DNA from: a virus
Taxonomy: Duplodnaviria > Caudoviricetes
DNA length: 64,000 nucleotides
IMG/VR virus record: IMGVR_UViG_3300026549_000895
Span: 128,001-192,000 of that record
Direction: 5' to 3' (one strand)
Numbering within the stretch: the stretch's first letter is position 1; the number at the start of each line of letters is the position of its first letter. The translations under genes were made by a program, and so were the position numbers. Under the pieces are notes generated by a model that was given only the letters and a program-made list of their open reading frames with translations, was not told the origin of the DNA and did no database searches. Shown here in pieces: positions 10,201 through 20,509 of this stretch.

Positions 10201-13200
10201 GCTCATCATCGATGAAACGATTCTCCCATTCATCATTGAATATCCAATTAAGACGAGTGTGAATATAATCAGTATTATTCAATACATATATCGGATCTCC
10301 TCTTAATGAATACATATCAACGAAGATATCATCAGATGATTCCGCATCAGTATTATAGTAACTTACGTAATCATGATTGTTATATTCATCCAGCAAGTTT
10401 CTCATGTTGTCATCAACAATCTTACACTGAACATAATCGCCAAGATAAGTTTCTATATCTTCATTGGAATCAATCTTTAACCATTTAGCATTGTTCTGAT
10501 CAACTTTGCATTCAACAAAACCATGCTTTTCGGAATGGTCTATTTTTGTGATAATGCACGGGAAGAAATATTTTCCATCGATAGTTTGTAAGTAGATTGT
10601 TTCACCTTCGTGATACATTCCACCTATTGATTCGATAACTCCAAATTCATCGGGTTCTAAATGCAAAACCTGAACTGGCTTTACATATAATTGATTAGAT
10701 GAGCTATTTGAATTCTCCAAGATAGCCAAATTATTCAACTTGGAATTCGGAATATAAATAACATCGCACGGACCAGGAAGATTACCTTTGGCTGTAAGAA
10801 TCAATTCTTCTTCATGTTTCAGAACATCGAAATGATTTCCTACATACAACTCATAATTCATTCTACAGTTCTTATGAGTAATCATGTGAGTTTCAGTAAC
10901 AGTATACTCATAATTATTTTCGAATTGAATACGAGTATTAGCCATCGAAGATATTGTATGAATATCCTCTAACTTAATTCCATATTCAGATACTTCATTG
11001 AATTCCAAAACAAATTGTTCTGTTGTTGAAGTACCATCTTCGAAATGAATTGTTCCTGTTATTGTTAAATCAGAAGAATCAAATATTGCATATTCAGCAA
11101 TCGGTAAAATGTTAGTTATAGAATATTTGCCATTATTGACATCATATTCAATTGCGAAATTTAATGTTGATGCTATTGGAGCTTGCTGACCAATAATCGG
11201 AATAAAATGTGAATCGGATCTGTCAATAGTATATGTCATATACACAGGCTTTGAGGTATACTCAGATCCTTCTGTATATTTAACATTTGATATACGAGAA
11301 TATGAACCATTGTATCTTTTCAATAAATCAATACATTTGCTTCTCCAATCATGAAGAATTCCTTCTCTTAAGCCAGGAATCTTATCTTTGATTTCTCCAT
11401 AAATATCCAATACAGTATGATATGCTCTCTCGTTATTGATGATATTGTAAACTCTTTCGAACATAGATCCTGAGTAATCATTGTTTTCATTGTTGGAAAT
11501 ATATTTAGGAACATCTCTTAATATCGATAAATCAATATCTTGTTCAATGAACTTTTTAATCTTCCACCAATTGTTTGCTTTATTGATTTGCTTTAATGAC
11601 ATATACAAAGCACGAATTCTTGGTGCTGCATATTCAACAAATCCGAAGTTAACGTAGAGATATTTTATCTCTGACATTACCATATTCAGAAGAGTGTTAT
11701 AAGACATCTTTCTTCCTGCATATGTGACATATGGAGCTTGTTCTATTGCAGCGTGTAATCTAACGATGTTGTCATACACAAGATTATTCTCTTCGGATAC
11801 AATTGTTTCTAACAAAGTCGGAAGCGTGGGATCATTGTATTCCAAGTTCATCAAGTCTTCTTTGATAGCTGTTATATCAGCCAACAATTGCTTCTTTGCA
11901 GTTGTCAATTGTGAGAATGTATTGAATGATGCTTCATAATCTGTTTCGATAATATTCCAATAATAAGTAGCATCCGAAATAAATTTCAGAATGTATTTAC
12001 AAGCAAGAATATCATTATAACAGAAATAAGAAACAAAAGTATCTTCTGCTGAAAAGCCAACATACTTATCATAATTCAATGCATTATCTTTGTATAGATA
12101 ATAACGATTTGAAGTATAAGTGTTATAAGTATAAGGATAAACTGGTGTAATCGAACGACCATGAGAATTTATCAATGCTGGGAAACCAGAGAAGATATTA
12201 ACTTCATCCAAATCTGCCAACGAACTTGCTGAATCATCGATTTGCGGAATATCAGAAACTTGTGAGAAGTTCAAAGATATTGTATTTTCATTATCAATAA
12301 CATCACTGATATCGATGTCAGTATATCGGTTAGTGAACTTGGTTCTTGCAATAACATCATAGAAGTAAGCTTGAAGTTTATCTTCCTGATTGTTCATCAT
12401 GTTCATAGTATAGAACAAGAAGTTTATTGCAAATGGAGATTCATACAAATCTTCACCATCACCAACAATACCATTTGTGGTAGCATTAGATGATTCATAA
12501 TTCATTTCAGAAGGATAGATATATAACAAATCATTTGATATAATCTTTCTTCTGAGAATCTTTGAAATGATCGCCGCTGTTTTCTCACGAGAATAATCAG
12601 AGAAATACATTCTGCTTAGCTTAGCCAATTTATTCTCGGAATACCAGTATCTGATATATCCTAAATGAGACATTACTTCATTCTCAAATTGTGAGAAATC
12701 AAATACTTGTTCTTCTGTTAATTGGTCAACAGAAGTCTCATCTGGAGAATCAGTATCAGTATAGACAACAAAGAGTTTGAATATTTCATCACCCTTCAAA
12801 TCAGTCAGATAGAACACATTACCAATTCCACAGAAATGATGAATCTTTGGTACATCAAAAGTCCAACAGTTTTCAGTATTCTTATATCTTAATGCAATGA
12901 AATTCTGTTCGGAAACAGGTCTCTTGAAATGATTGTAATCATAATCTTCAAAGAAGTTCTGATTGATTTCAGATATGTATGAGAATTTCTTCAATACTTC
13001 TGATTCATATACCGAGCATACTTTGTCAACGAAACTGAGATATTGATGAAATTCATCCGGAATCAAACCAACCATCTTATTGAATGATGATTCTTGATTA
13101 CCTTGTTCATCTTTATGAGGAGACGAATTATTTCTTAATTCATTCATATTATATAATGAATTTCTGAAATTAATCATCATAGTCACATAAGATTCAGGAA

Positions 13201-14518
13201 TCAAAGATGTTGCAATAGCACCGAATGAATATTTAATTAAAGCTTCTTCTGCAACTTCAAGAGCTGGTTTAACATATGGGTCAAGATAAGCTATCGTGAT
13301 TGTATAAGTATTCATCCATTGATTACCAAATTTTGAAATCTCAACAATCTTATCATTGATTGATGTTAACATATCACGAATTGACAGCAAGTCCGTTATT
13401 ACGGAAAACGAAACATCTGAAGGTCTGTCGAGAATTATTGGAGGAGCCGATATCTTCTGATCGGTTTTAATATAATCTCTACTAACATCAGCAGCGTATA
13501 TTTTGTTACCGTTTTCATCATCAATGTGTTGATGTTGTTCGTCATACACAAACCTTCTGGTGGTCAAATCTTCGAAGTTTGCAGCTGGATAAATACTCGG
13601 TAATTCATTTAATCCATCAACCATTGTCAATATAATATTGACTTTCTTAGCGTTGACAGATTGAAGTTGATTGAGTGTATGTTTCTGAATGCTCTTGATA
13701 ACAAGTTTGCCATTCTTAAATGTTGCAAAGTTTGGTGCAACAACATGAGATGTTCTGTAATTCGGATCATAAATATCGCATATGAATTTATATCCATCCA
13801 GAGTTTTATTGCCAATTACATTATTTACAACTCCATTGTTGATACTTTTAATATCAACATCTTTCAGAAGCAGCACATTTGATGATTTGATTTTGTAGAT
13901 TGTGAAAGTTACTGATTGAGAATATCTCCAACCCACTTTGAATTTGAATCCGTATTCATCAAAGCCAACTTTGATATTGTTATTAATGAAACCATTTGAA
14001 CAACATACAAACGAAAAGTCCAAATACTTCATTATGTCTGATGATACAAAATCTTCATAATCAACATAGTTATCAAAATCGGAATGATGCATCAACTGAA
14101 GCTTGTTACGAATGAAATTATCTCTGTCTCCAAAGTTAATCAAATCATAAGGAACGTCAATAACGTAATAATGAGATGACGGTTCGGACTTTACATGAGG
14201 ATCATTAATGCCTCCATTGAATACTATCAATCCAGAATTTACAACAGATCTGGACATTGCATTCTGTAAAGATTGTCTGTATGTATTTATTAACGATTCA
14301 TGAATATCATCGAACGTATAATTCGACTGACTCATCAAATCTATCAGACGATTCAAACCATTCTCATTACCAACAATTCCAAATGGTTGATTAGAAGAAT
14401 CTTGTAATTTCGATTGTTGTTCTTTGAAAGTAGCCCATTTAGTATCATTGAATGTTTTGTCATTTTTACGATACTTATGGAAATCATAGAACCATTTGTT
14501 GTAGTTTATTCTATTCAC
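7214..14518 (-). CDS. Very large (2434 aa) putative virion baseplate/tail protein
   Basis: Uninterrupted ORF, GTG start with GGAGG RBS, late-type motif at 14547-14559; two W-x-I-x-H-(N/T)-x3-YP beta repeats near the C-terminus, as seen in virion proteins. Confidence 0.55.
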   Translation of the reverse strand: MNRINYNKWFYDFHKYRKNDKTFNDTKWATFKEQQSKLQDSSNQPFGIVGNENGLNRLIDLMSQSNYTFDDIHESLINTYRQSLQNAMSRSVVNSGLIVFNGGINDPHVKSEPSSHYYVIDVPYDLINFGDRDNFIRNKLQLMHHSDFDNYVDYEDFVSSDIMKYLDFSFVCCSNGFINNNIKVGFDEYGFKFKVGWRYSQSVTFTIYKIKSSNVLLLKDVDIKSINNGVVNNVIGNKTLDGYKFICDIYDPNYRTSHVVAPNFATFKNGKLVIKSIQKHTLNQLQSVNAKKVNIILTMVDGLNELPSIYPAANFEDLTTRRFVYDEQHQHIDDENGNKIYAADVSRDYIKTDQKISAPPIILDRPSDVSFSVITDLLSIRDMLTSINDKIVEISKFGNQWMNTYTITIAYLDPYVKPALEVAEEALIKYSFGAIATSLIPESYVTMMINFRNSLYNMNELRNNSSPHKDEQGNQESSFNKMVGLIPDEFHQYLSFVDKVCSVYESEVLKKFSYISEINQNFFEDYDYNHFKRPVSEQNFIALRYKNTENCWTFDVPKIHHFCGIGNVFYLTDLKGDEIFKLFVVYTDTDSPDETSVDQLTEEQVFDFSQFENEVMSHLGYIRYWYSENKLAKLSRMYFSDYSREKTAAIISKILRRKIISNDLLYIYPSEMNYESSNATTNGIVGDGEDLYESPFAINFLFYTMNMMNNQEDKLQAYFYDVIARTKFTNRYTDIDISDVIDNENTISLNFSQVSDIPQIDDSASSLADLDEVNIFSGFPALINSHGRSITPVYPYTYNTYTSNRYYLYKDNALNYDKYVGFSAEDTFVSYFCYNDILACKYILKFISDATYYWNIIETDYEASFNTFSQLTTAKKQLLADITAIKEDLMNLEYNDPTLPTLLETIVSEENNLVYDNIVRLHAAIEQAPYVTYAGRKMSYNTLLNMVMSEIKYLYVNFGFVEYAAPRIRALYMSLKQINKANNWWKIKKFIEQDIDLSILRDVPKYISNNENNDYSGSMFERVYNIINNERAYHTVLDIYGEIKDKIPGLREGILHDWRSKCIDLLKRYNGSYSRISNVKYTEGSEYTSKPVYMTYTIDRSDSHFIPIIGQQAPIASTLNFAIEYDVNNGKYSITNILPIAEYAIFDSSDLTITGTIHFEDGTSTTEQFVLEFNEVSEYGIKLEDIHTISSMANTRIQFENNYEYTVTETHMITHKNCRMNYELYVGNHFDVLKHEEELILTAKGNLPGPCDVIYIPNSKLNNLAILENSNSSSNQLYVKPVQVLHLEPDEFGVIESIGGMYHEGETIYLQTIDGKYFFPCIITKIDHSEKHGFVECKVDQNNAKWLKIDSNEDIETYLGDYVQCKIVDDNMRNLLDEYNNHDYVSYYNTDAESSDDIFVDMYSLRGDPIYVLNNTDYIHTRLNWIFNDEWENRFIDDEHKKYDMQFITTTNSFDEKIVINALNHYRSPLTPQEEYPILRTEPNDQAIWEREKIVFYQDIYSSQSKISANKSSIARYEAEKARVTDQSEKDRIQAQIDHLKMENVSLEQRIKKVQYLYDELEKPTSWFNVVSNDAAMIYIDNGKAVMADAYIKHDIRDLIYTDKIDCFLYDQEHHVWISPELYTVSTEVENQMNVDVSGNYKTDNVHTKIIIELDQSISSSKLYVYFGYYKSDIYDDIQLNDDGICNVVFKPVLTTSSHHYNDAEGNPLYSNIIVRKHFDVIEKYKFTEFDYDDRGIIVDRKRYCDEYDEIPVLRFHHITGYDSTQMLSYLDFDLYVPNPFRDVSVEYTEYNPEYTITINKPIDSFQDGLDINLICIQNDDVASFNGNVSNIVLVCRTYYTQEHEQRLRVVDSKVPYRTTGTFVFTCARNDEYPCEGGLITITIENNDTPETFTDYVKIEDSYSYYHELPEKFLLIPKTQLSISDQNPLYLNIESAYYSNNTIARNFTFTQTTASAVWTIVHNLNQYPYIVAKDEFGNTLLGDLVYTDANTITITFSSPQKGNAYLAYSDDFTPANSKFDFDNANNVWNIQHTFHRYPNVTTFDSSENQTFGDVSYLSDSEIEVRYSHNVAGTAYLSEKSSESDFGPLTPYSYYYDTKHHYRLPFSNISSDNYSSRLQLSKEDNPDVQLISTTCLHVCRYSKSMINENGIIDLTGYIPTPLSFDRYEFWINGRYLTKKNVIITSPTTLQLVNLRSLRNFEVIELCDDYYQDSPTFHRSVVYETLDGKRCSSMKQVMLHNEDASKYVKQSIRFGFGTNNSSTIDTYLGNYVDNPNNADIEHDIMLDIVQSSSSYYDISINGTTVKNVLLDDLKGVEIDAKMMMEMLNDVWKYERLTDFDMDTSFEYVSDTGDETFIQLHCKYNPEDDTYDVHTSGKYEGYFSVYITKDPTADISDTNNTERIVTVMRLGVTLSIPSEYAGMYLKTTAGNDYILIE

Positions 14519-14573
14519 TACATAATCCCTCCTTTTAGTATCAAGGTTATCGAAACGTAAAATTTAAGCGTCG

Positions 14574-14593
14574 ACCCCGGCATATGCCGGGGT
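14574..14593 (-). terminator. Terminator-like hairpin downstream of vRNAP beta
   Basis: ACCCCGG-catatg-CCGGGGT. Confidence 0.65.
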
Positions 14594-14608
14594 GACACAT
14601 ATAAGAAG

Positions 14609-14776
14609 ATAGATTCAATTCATAAGGAGGATATGCATCAATGTGATTAATGGCAATCACGACAAAGAGCAAGTGAACTCGTAAAGCAAAAGGAGGTATA
14701 TCCTTATCATGAGAGGGTTCTCATCAGCAGGGATAGCAGCAGTACCGACTTTTTGTGCCCAATGAATTGAATCTAT
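14609..14776. ncRNA. Candidate ~170-nt structured RNA
   Basis: Perfect 15-bp terminal inverted repeat ATAGATTCAATTCAT (14609-14623) / ATGAATTGAATCTAT (14762-14776) enclosing several internal hairpins. Confidence 0.45.
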
Positions 14777-14794
14777 TAATTTGATAGTATGTCG

Positions 14795-17700
14795 TTAAGA
14801 ATTATATATTTCTTCTAATTGACGTTTAAGTTCTATCATTACTTTGTTAGCAGCGCCAATGAGAATTGGTGAAGCTATCATACGTCTCAAACAAGATGTC
14901 GATGAAACGAAAACAGATATCTCTTCATCAGGTCTTGTTTCAGAGAAAGGTTCAAGTCCCTCTGGAATAACTTCTGATATGATTTGCTTTGAAGCAGCAT
15001 ATACAGCAAGCTTATCTCCAACCGATGCTTCATCAGCATGCTCAATATATATTTCAATAAGAACATCTGTATTTATTCCGTTGATAGAATCTGTTTGCAT
15101 AGGTTCGGTTGGTCTTGTGTAAAGAGTATCCAACTTATATGGAGAAGCTGAAGAATCATGTTTGTCCAACATCTTTCTTCTCTTCTTGTTTTCTTTGAAA
15201 TGTTCGGAAAGTAATTCGAACAATGAAGGAGATAATTTATCCATTGCCTTTGTAGTATACATTCTTACATCAACAACAGTACCGGCATGCTTTGCCTTGA
15301 TTACTCTCTTGGCAGTATCAGCATTTATCTTATCAGAAGAGAACGCTTTAAGGAAAGCATCAACTGACTTATCACCAGTATCACCAAGTCCGAACAGTAC
15401 AAGAGGATCTCCAATCTCAACAACATCTCCAACCTTTACAACAGAATCGATTTGATCTGTCGCATTGATTTTTATTTGTTGACACATTGTCAGTGTTGTT
15501 CCAAGTCGTTTTGAAAATGCATGAGTTACAACACCGGCGTCTTCATATGTTGAATATGTATCAGTGAAAGCAACCTTTGCCATAGGACCAATGTTCTGAC
15601 GAACTACTCCATCCGATCCTTTGTGGAAGAACTTCTCATGGAATGCAAGTATGTCTCCTTCTTTGAAGCTATCACCAACTTCAAAAGTAGTTTTCAATTT
15701 GTTATTAACATAGAAGCCACTTCCTGAGTTGAATGAATACTTCGGAGATATCTGAATTGCTTTCTTAGTTTTGGATTTGTATTCAACAACGATGAACTGG
15801 TCGTTCATATCGATTACCTTGCCATCCTCATCTGCAACAACTGCAAATTCCTCTGATAAGTATGAAGGAACAATTTCATCAACGCCATTTGAAACAATAG
15901 CAGGTTCTGCATCTTCGGTTGAAATAATATGAGAAGACTGTGAACAAGCAATTGCAGTACGAATAGCATCATCTCTCGCAACAGTTCCAGGTGTTAACAA
16001 TTCAGAGAATGATGAAAGCTGAAGGTCTGTTTTCGGATCATCAGGAGAATATACACGAGTATATCCACGAATGGATTCGATATTAGGATCAACAACAAGC
16101 TGACGAGATACACCAACTTCTGCAGAGTTTGGAGTTGACATTGCAATCTTGGAAATCATTGTTTTATCAAATGATCTCTTTTGAACGGTGAATACTTTAC
16201 CACCGCCACCAGATTCATTAACACCTGCATATCCTTTCTTTGATATTGCTTCACGAGTATGAAGTTCAATAATAGGATTCAATGCAGATATAGGAGCAAC
16301 TGTTTCAACATTCATCAAATCATTTATTACACAATTGGCAGTCAAAGACAACTTGTTTCCTCTTGCCTTACTACCAGAAGTGTTATTATACTTTGATACA
16401 GCAACTGCGAGATTGTAATGCAGAATTGCAGGAATGATTTCAGTTGATCTGATTCTGTACAATGAAGCGTTTGTTTCATCAACGTGTTCATTATCACACA
16501 GAATATTCGAAGCATAAATCAACATACCAACCAAATCATTCGGTAAGTTATAATGATTACATACTTCATACGTGATTGGATCAACGAAGAATTTATAACG
16601 TGAAATGAAAGTTGTCAACTGAGAATATGTTGTGAAGAATAACTGGTCAAAGATATCAATGTATATCGAACTTTGATCCATAATCGGAACATCGAATTCA
16701 GCAACAGTATGACTCTTTGTAGGAAGCTTGTATAAGCCATTGAACAACAACTGATTTGACAATGTGTTCTTAACAGCCAATACCTTATCCTTGAATGGAA
16801 TCTTTATATATCCTAAATCATTAAATGACTTATCGACATATTTATGTTCAGCGCGTGTCTTATTCAGGAATTCAGTTATACCTTCCCATGCACAACAAGC
16901 AACACCAAGAGGAATCTTGATTCCAATAACTATTTCTGAATACATATGAACCTTTGTGGGTTTCTGCTTCATATATGCTTCACGTATTTCCTGAGGAAGA
17001 TTATCGAGAATAACTTCTGTCAATGTTTTGTTGTCTCTGGTAAGTCCAGATTCAGTATTTATAACAACAGGAACTTTGTTGACCATACCACAACAGAATT
17101 CATTATCAGCCACAGTGACGAATCCATATTTCTTAAAGCACTCATTCATGTTGAAATAAATTTCCATGTGAGTTTCTTTACATTTAATATACGACCATCT
17201 CTTGGCGAATTCATCAAACTCGATAGTTGTCATATATGAAGAATTCGCGTATGTGGATCCACCTGGCTTTACATATTTATTTACTCCATTGGCATCTGTT
17301 TCCTTATCAATCAACTTAACAAGCATGCCTACATCAACGAGTGATTTAGTATCATATCTATTGACAGAAATCTTGTTGTAGTTTGTTGTAAGAATAACCT
17401 TCTTCGGATTAACTTTCAGAATCGGAATCGGGAAATCTTGTTTACCAATGTTGAACCATTTACCACCCGAGAAGAACTCACCATTCTTAACTATCGGAAT
17501 TCGAACATTGATAACATTCTGAAGTCCAGATTGTTTTGATTTCAAAGTAACTTTCCAGTTCTTTACCAGTTCGGATATTGTTGATATATCAGAAACTTCG
17601 ATGTTGAGAACTTCAAATCCATCGGGAAGTTTCTCCAACTGATTGAATACCGCAACGATATCCTTATCCATCATTTCCTTCTCATATATACGAGAAGCAT

Positions 17701-19030
17701 TTGGGAATCCAGAACCACGTGCAACACCCTGATTGGTGGTTGATATGTTTCGAGGTCGTTGTGGTTCTGGCATTGGCATATCAGTTACATTTGATAATTT
17801 CTCAATATCATTCTTATCAAGTTTGATTTGAGACAAAGTGTTTCTCAAAGCAAGTTCACGCTTTGAAGATACAATATGTTTTGATTCTTCCTTTTCATCA
17901 GACTTGACAATGTTTGATAATATCTTACCTGCATCATCAAGATACTTCTTTGATACGTCATCTGTATCAGGAGTTTCCAAGTCAGATGAAATATGTTCAT
18001 AGTTATTAATGCTCTCTTTGATTTTTGTTGTGTTAATTCTGGACAACAGTTCAGCATTTATCTTCATTGATTTTGCATAATACAAAGTATCTTTCTTGAC
18101 TTCACCCTTTGGAACTCCATACTTAGAATGAAGAGCATTCAGAGTAGACTTAGTATTCTTTGAAACTGATTGAGCTTTATGTTGTAAATCAGAAACTTCT
18201 TCATCTCCAAGAGATTCCATTTCATCTTCAATAGAGATGTCTTTCTCAACAACTTCATCTTCAGCAGCTATGTCATCTCTTCTCTTAGTAACCTCAACAG
18301 TTCCTATTTCAGATAACAAAGTTTCAAATTGTGATTGTTCTTCTGATAAGTCATTGTTGAAATCAACCTTGTAATCAGTCCCCTTTGAAATAGAACGGAA
18401 TACAATTATGAGATTCATCTTCTTTGAAATACCTTCTGTACAACAAGCACTCAAGAATCCATTCAACACATCATCGCTGACTCTTTCGATATCATAATTC
18501 TTGAAGATGTCATATCTATCGACATCAACAACCATAATGTTCATCTTCTTGGGATCGGTCATGTTGAATACATTCATCATATTCCATACGATGTCTCGCA
18601 TGTTTGATATCAGTTTCTCATTATCTAACTTACTCTTCCTGAGATGATTTGTTACTTCCTGCATATAACCAGTCATTGATACATAAAGAGGATTTTTTGC
18701 TTTATCCAAATCTTCCTTCTTGGAGAACATAACAGGTTTTATTGGAGTAACAGATTTCAGATTATTCAAAACATAATCAACTCTACGATTGAATTCCTTT
18801 CCGCTTATTGAATAATTAACTCTCAATGTGGAATTGTTTATTGCAAGCGGAATATACAAATCCTTATAATTTATTCTACTTGGAGGAAGCATTGATTCTA
18901 CGAGTTTCATTTCATATTCAAATGAATTAGATACAAGGAAAACTCGTGTGTTAGAATCTTTATTGTCAGGCATACTTGTTATTGGATTCTTCACATAGTT
19001 TTTCAATCTTGTTATATCCATAAATTTCAA
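14795..19030 (-). CDS. Multisubunit RNA polymerase beta subunit, large N-terminal part (probably virion RNAP, phiKZ gp178-like)
   Basis: Beta motifs MSTPNSAEVGVSRQL, DDAIRTAIACSQSSH, TYEDAGVV, SVGDKL..SKQIISEV and CLRRM (equivalent to PSRM); lacks the beta C-terminus; late-type promoter at 19078-19090. Confidence 0.85.
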   Translation of the reverse strand: MKFMDITRLKNYVKNPITSMPDNKDSNTRVFLVSNSFEYEMKLVESMLPPSRINYKDLYIPLAINNSTLRVNYSISGKEFNRRVDYVLNNLKSVTPIKPVMFSKKEDLDKAKNPLYVSMTGYMQEVTNHLRKSKLDNEKLISNMRDIVWNMMNVFNMTDPKKMNIMVVDVDRYDIFKNYDIERVSDDVLNGFLSACCTEGISKKMNLIIVFRSISKGTDYKVDFNNDLSEEQSQFETLLSEIGTVEVTKRRDDIAAEDEVVEKDISIEDEMESLGDEEVSDLQHKAQSVSKNTKSTLNALHSKYGVPKGEVKKDTLYYAKSMKINAELLSRINTTKIKESINNYEHISSDLETPDTDDVSKKYLDDAGKILSNIVKSDEKEESKHIVSSKRELALRNTLSQIKLDKNDIEKLSNVTDMPMPEPQRPRNISTTNQGVARGSGFPNASRIYEKEMMDKDIVAVFNQLEKLPDGFEVLNIEVSDISTISELVKNWKVTLKSKQSGLQNVINVRIPIVKNGEFFSGGKWFNIGKQDFPIPILKVNPKKVILTTNYNKISVNRYDTKSLVDVGMLVKLIDKETDANGVNKYVKPGGSTYANSSYMTTIEFDEFAKRWSYIKCKETHMEIYFNMNECFKKYGFVTVADNEFCCGMVNKVPVVINTESGLTRDNKTLTEVILDNLPQEIREAYMKQKPTKVHMYSEIVIGIKIPLGVACCAWEGITEFLNKTRAEHKYVDKSFNDLGYIKIPFKDKVLAVKNTLSNQLLFNGLYKLPTKSHTVAEFDVPIMDQSSIYIDIFDQLFFTTYSQLTTFISRYKFFVDPITYEVCNHYNLPNDLVGMLIYASNILCDNEHVDETNASLYRIRSTEIIPAILHYNLAVAVSKYNNTSGSKARGNKLSLTANCVINDLMNVETVAPISALNPIIELHTREAISKKGYAGVNESGGGGKVFTVQKRSFDKTMISKIAMSTPNSAEVGVSRQLVVDPNIESIRGYTRVYSPDDPKTDLQLSSFSELLTPGTVARDDAIRTAIACSQSSHIISTEDAEPAIVSNGVDEIVPSYLSEEFAVVADEDGKVIDMNDQFIVVEYKSKTKKAIQISPKYSFNSGSGFYVNNKLKTTFEVGDSFKEGDILAFHEKFFHKGSDGVVRQNIGPMAKVAFTDTYSTYEDAGVVTHAFSKRLGTTLTMCQQIKINATDQIDSVVKVGDVVEIGDPLVLFGLGDTGDKSVDAFLKAFSSDKINADTAKRVIKAKHAGTVVDVRMYTTKAMDKLSPSLFELLSEHFKENKKRRKMLDKHDSSASPYKLDTLYTRPTEPMQTDSINGINTDVLIEIYIEHADEASVGDKLAVYAASKQIISEVIPEGLEPFSETRPDEEISVFVSSTSCLRRMIASPILIGAANKVMIELKRQLEEIYNS

Positions 19031-19077
19031 TCAACCTTTCGTTTAATATTTGTCATTTGATAAATAGATGACCAAAA

Positions 19078-19090
19078 TTACACTCTCGTC
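19078..19090 (-). promoter_or_regulatory. Late-type promoter motif ACG-N6-TAW (representative copy)
   Basis: GACGagagtgTAA. Other copies: 5160-5172(-), 14547-14559(-), 26706-26718(-), 47517-47529(-), 47530-47542(+), 56507-56519(-), 57459-57471(+), all upstream of structural or lysis genes. Confidence 0.65.
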
Positions 19091-19124
19091 AGAGGATGTA
19101 AAATAATAAAGGAGGAAAGAAAAA

Positions 19125-19469
19125 ATGTATGAAATTATTGAAAATCCAATTCTCCATGCATGGAGCAAACCAATATATGGTTTGAATAAAATAGGAGAAC
19201 GAGTAAAGGAATTTGTTGATGAAATTCTTTATTCAGATGAGTGCACATGTGAAAAGTTTTCAGTCTTATTCATTCCTGGATATAACAAAGTGAATATCTT
19301 CAAAGATAATATCAATGGGATAAAAGACGAGGAAATGCCAATAACATGTTCATTCATAGAATACAATGATCACATAGGTCAACTTATAATTTCAATACCG
19401 ATATCGACGAAGCCAAGCCTTGCAAAAGAAATCGGTAATAAAATAAAGAAAGCTTTCAAAGGAGAATAA
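19125..19469 (+). CDS. Hypothetical protein
   Basis: AAAGGAGG RBS. Confidence 0.65.
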   Translation: MYEIIENPILHAWSKPIYGLNKIGERVKEFVDEILYSDECTCEKFSVLFIPGYNKVNIFKDNINGIKDEEMPITCSFIEYNDHIGQLIISIPISTKPSLAKEIGNKIKKAFKGE

Positions 19470-19476
19470 AAAGAAA

Positions 19477-19728
19477 ATGAGCAGAGATTTAAATTATGCA
19501 GTTTTTGTATGCTATGATGACATATCTTCAAACATTATTAACGAAGCGAACCCAGTCATCTATAATCCAATACTTGATGAAGCAGAAAAAAGAACACAAC
19601 TTCATGACAAAGTTAAAGATTGCTTCAATGTTGAACTCACAACAGAGCAGCTTGATTCTTTGTGTTCAAAAGACAAATATCATATTGAAGAATTTGTCGA
19701 AGAATTAAAATCGTACATTTATAAGTAA
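19477..19728 (+). CDS. Hypothetical protein
   Basis: AAAGGAG RBS; followed by a terminator. Confidence 0.65.
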   Translation: MSRDLNYAVFVCYDDISSNIINEANPVIYNPILDEAEKRTQLHDKVKDCFNVELTTEQLDSLCSKDKYHIEEFVEELKSYIYK

Positions 19729-19736
19729 AAAGAAAA

Positions 19737-19756
19737 CCCTCCCCATATGGGGAGGG
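19737..19756. terminator. Terminator between convergent genes
   Basis: CCCTCCC-catatg-GGGAGGG. Confidence 0.75.
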
Positions 19757-19763
19757 CGTAATC

Positions 19764-20171
19764 TTACTTATTATTTTTCTCGGCTAACGATTTAAACATT
19801 TCTCCGAGGATTTCAAACTCACTGGGAACAACATCAATCTCGTCAAGTTTATGCTGTTCAACATATTCAATGGCTTTTAATGCCGATCCTTCACCGCAGT
19901 CGCGTTCATATAACCTTTCATCGAATGTGTCTCCGGTTATGTTACACTTTATGACATGTCCATCGACATAGTCAAAGTATAAACAGTTTGGACGGTTTTC
20001 GCCTTCTGGATCATACCCTCTTTCTTTTATGAGTTCTTTCGCTCTATCAAGAGTGAACCCCTCTTTTGTCTGAGGAAGTCCAATAAATGATATTCCCTGC
20101 GCATGTGAATTGTGCCAAAGACTATACAAGACTTCAGCTTTATCGAGTCCTTTTATGTTCAACATATTCAT
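19764..20171 (-). CDS. Conserved hypothetical phage protein
   Basis: IKGLDKAEVL..LW..SHAQG..YFDYVDGHVIK..FDERLYERDCG pattern of a widespread uncharacterised family; GAAAGGAG RBS. Confidence 0.65.
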   Translation of the reverse strand: MNMLNIKGLDKAEVLYSLWHNSHAQGISFIGLPQTKEGFTLDRAKELIKERGYDPEGENRPNCLYFDYVDGHVIKCNITGDTFDERLYERDCGEGSALKAIEYVEQHKLDEIDVVPSEFEILGEMFKSLAEKNNK

Positions 20172-20509
20172 TCTCCTTTCGCTAATAACACATTCGTGTT
20201 ATCATACGGATTTCCTATGACAACGAAGTCAGTACCATTCAAATTATTCAAATGATGAATGACACGGCTTCTCACGTTGTTGGTATTGAATCTGATGACT
20301 GATACTTTCATGACATATTTTATGATGGCAAGAATCTCATCACAGTCATGAGCTGTATCCTTTTCATCAAGATCAATGACTATCATCTTTTCTCCAATAT
20401 GGAGATTCTTTTTCAAATCCTTCAGATATTGAAGATACATGAGTTTTGAATCATACAGAACATCGTCAGCTTTTATAGAATTCAATAACTTCTGGACTTT
20501 TACTTTCAT
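20168..20509 (-). CDS. Hypothetical protein
   Basis: ATGA-coupled to both neighbours; GGAGG RBS. Confidence 0.65.
   Translation of the reverse strand: MKVKVQKLLNSIKADDVLYDSKLMYLQYLKDLKKNLHIGEKMIVIDLDEKDTAHDCDEILAIIKYVMKVSVIRFNTNNVRSRVIHHLNNLNGTDFVVIGNPYDNTNVLLAKGE

Noticed and set aside
14710-14727. CTGATGAG on the minus strand as a hammerhead ribozyme core
   Set aside because: No GAAA follows the putative stem II.
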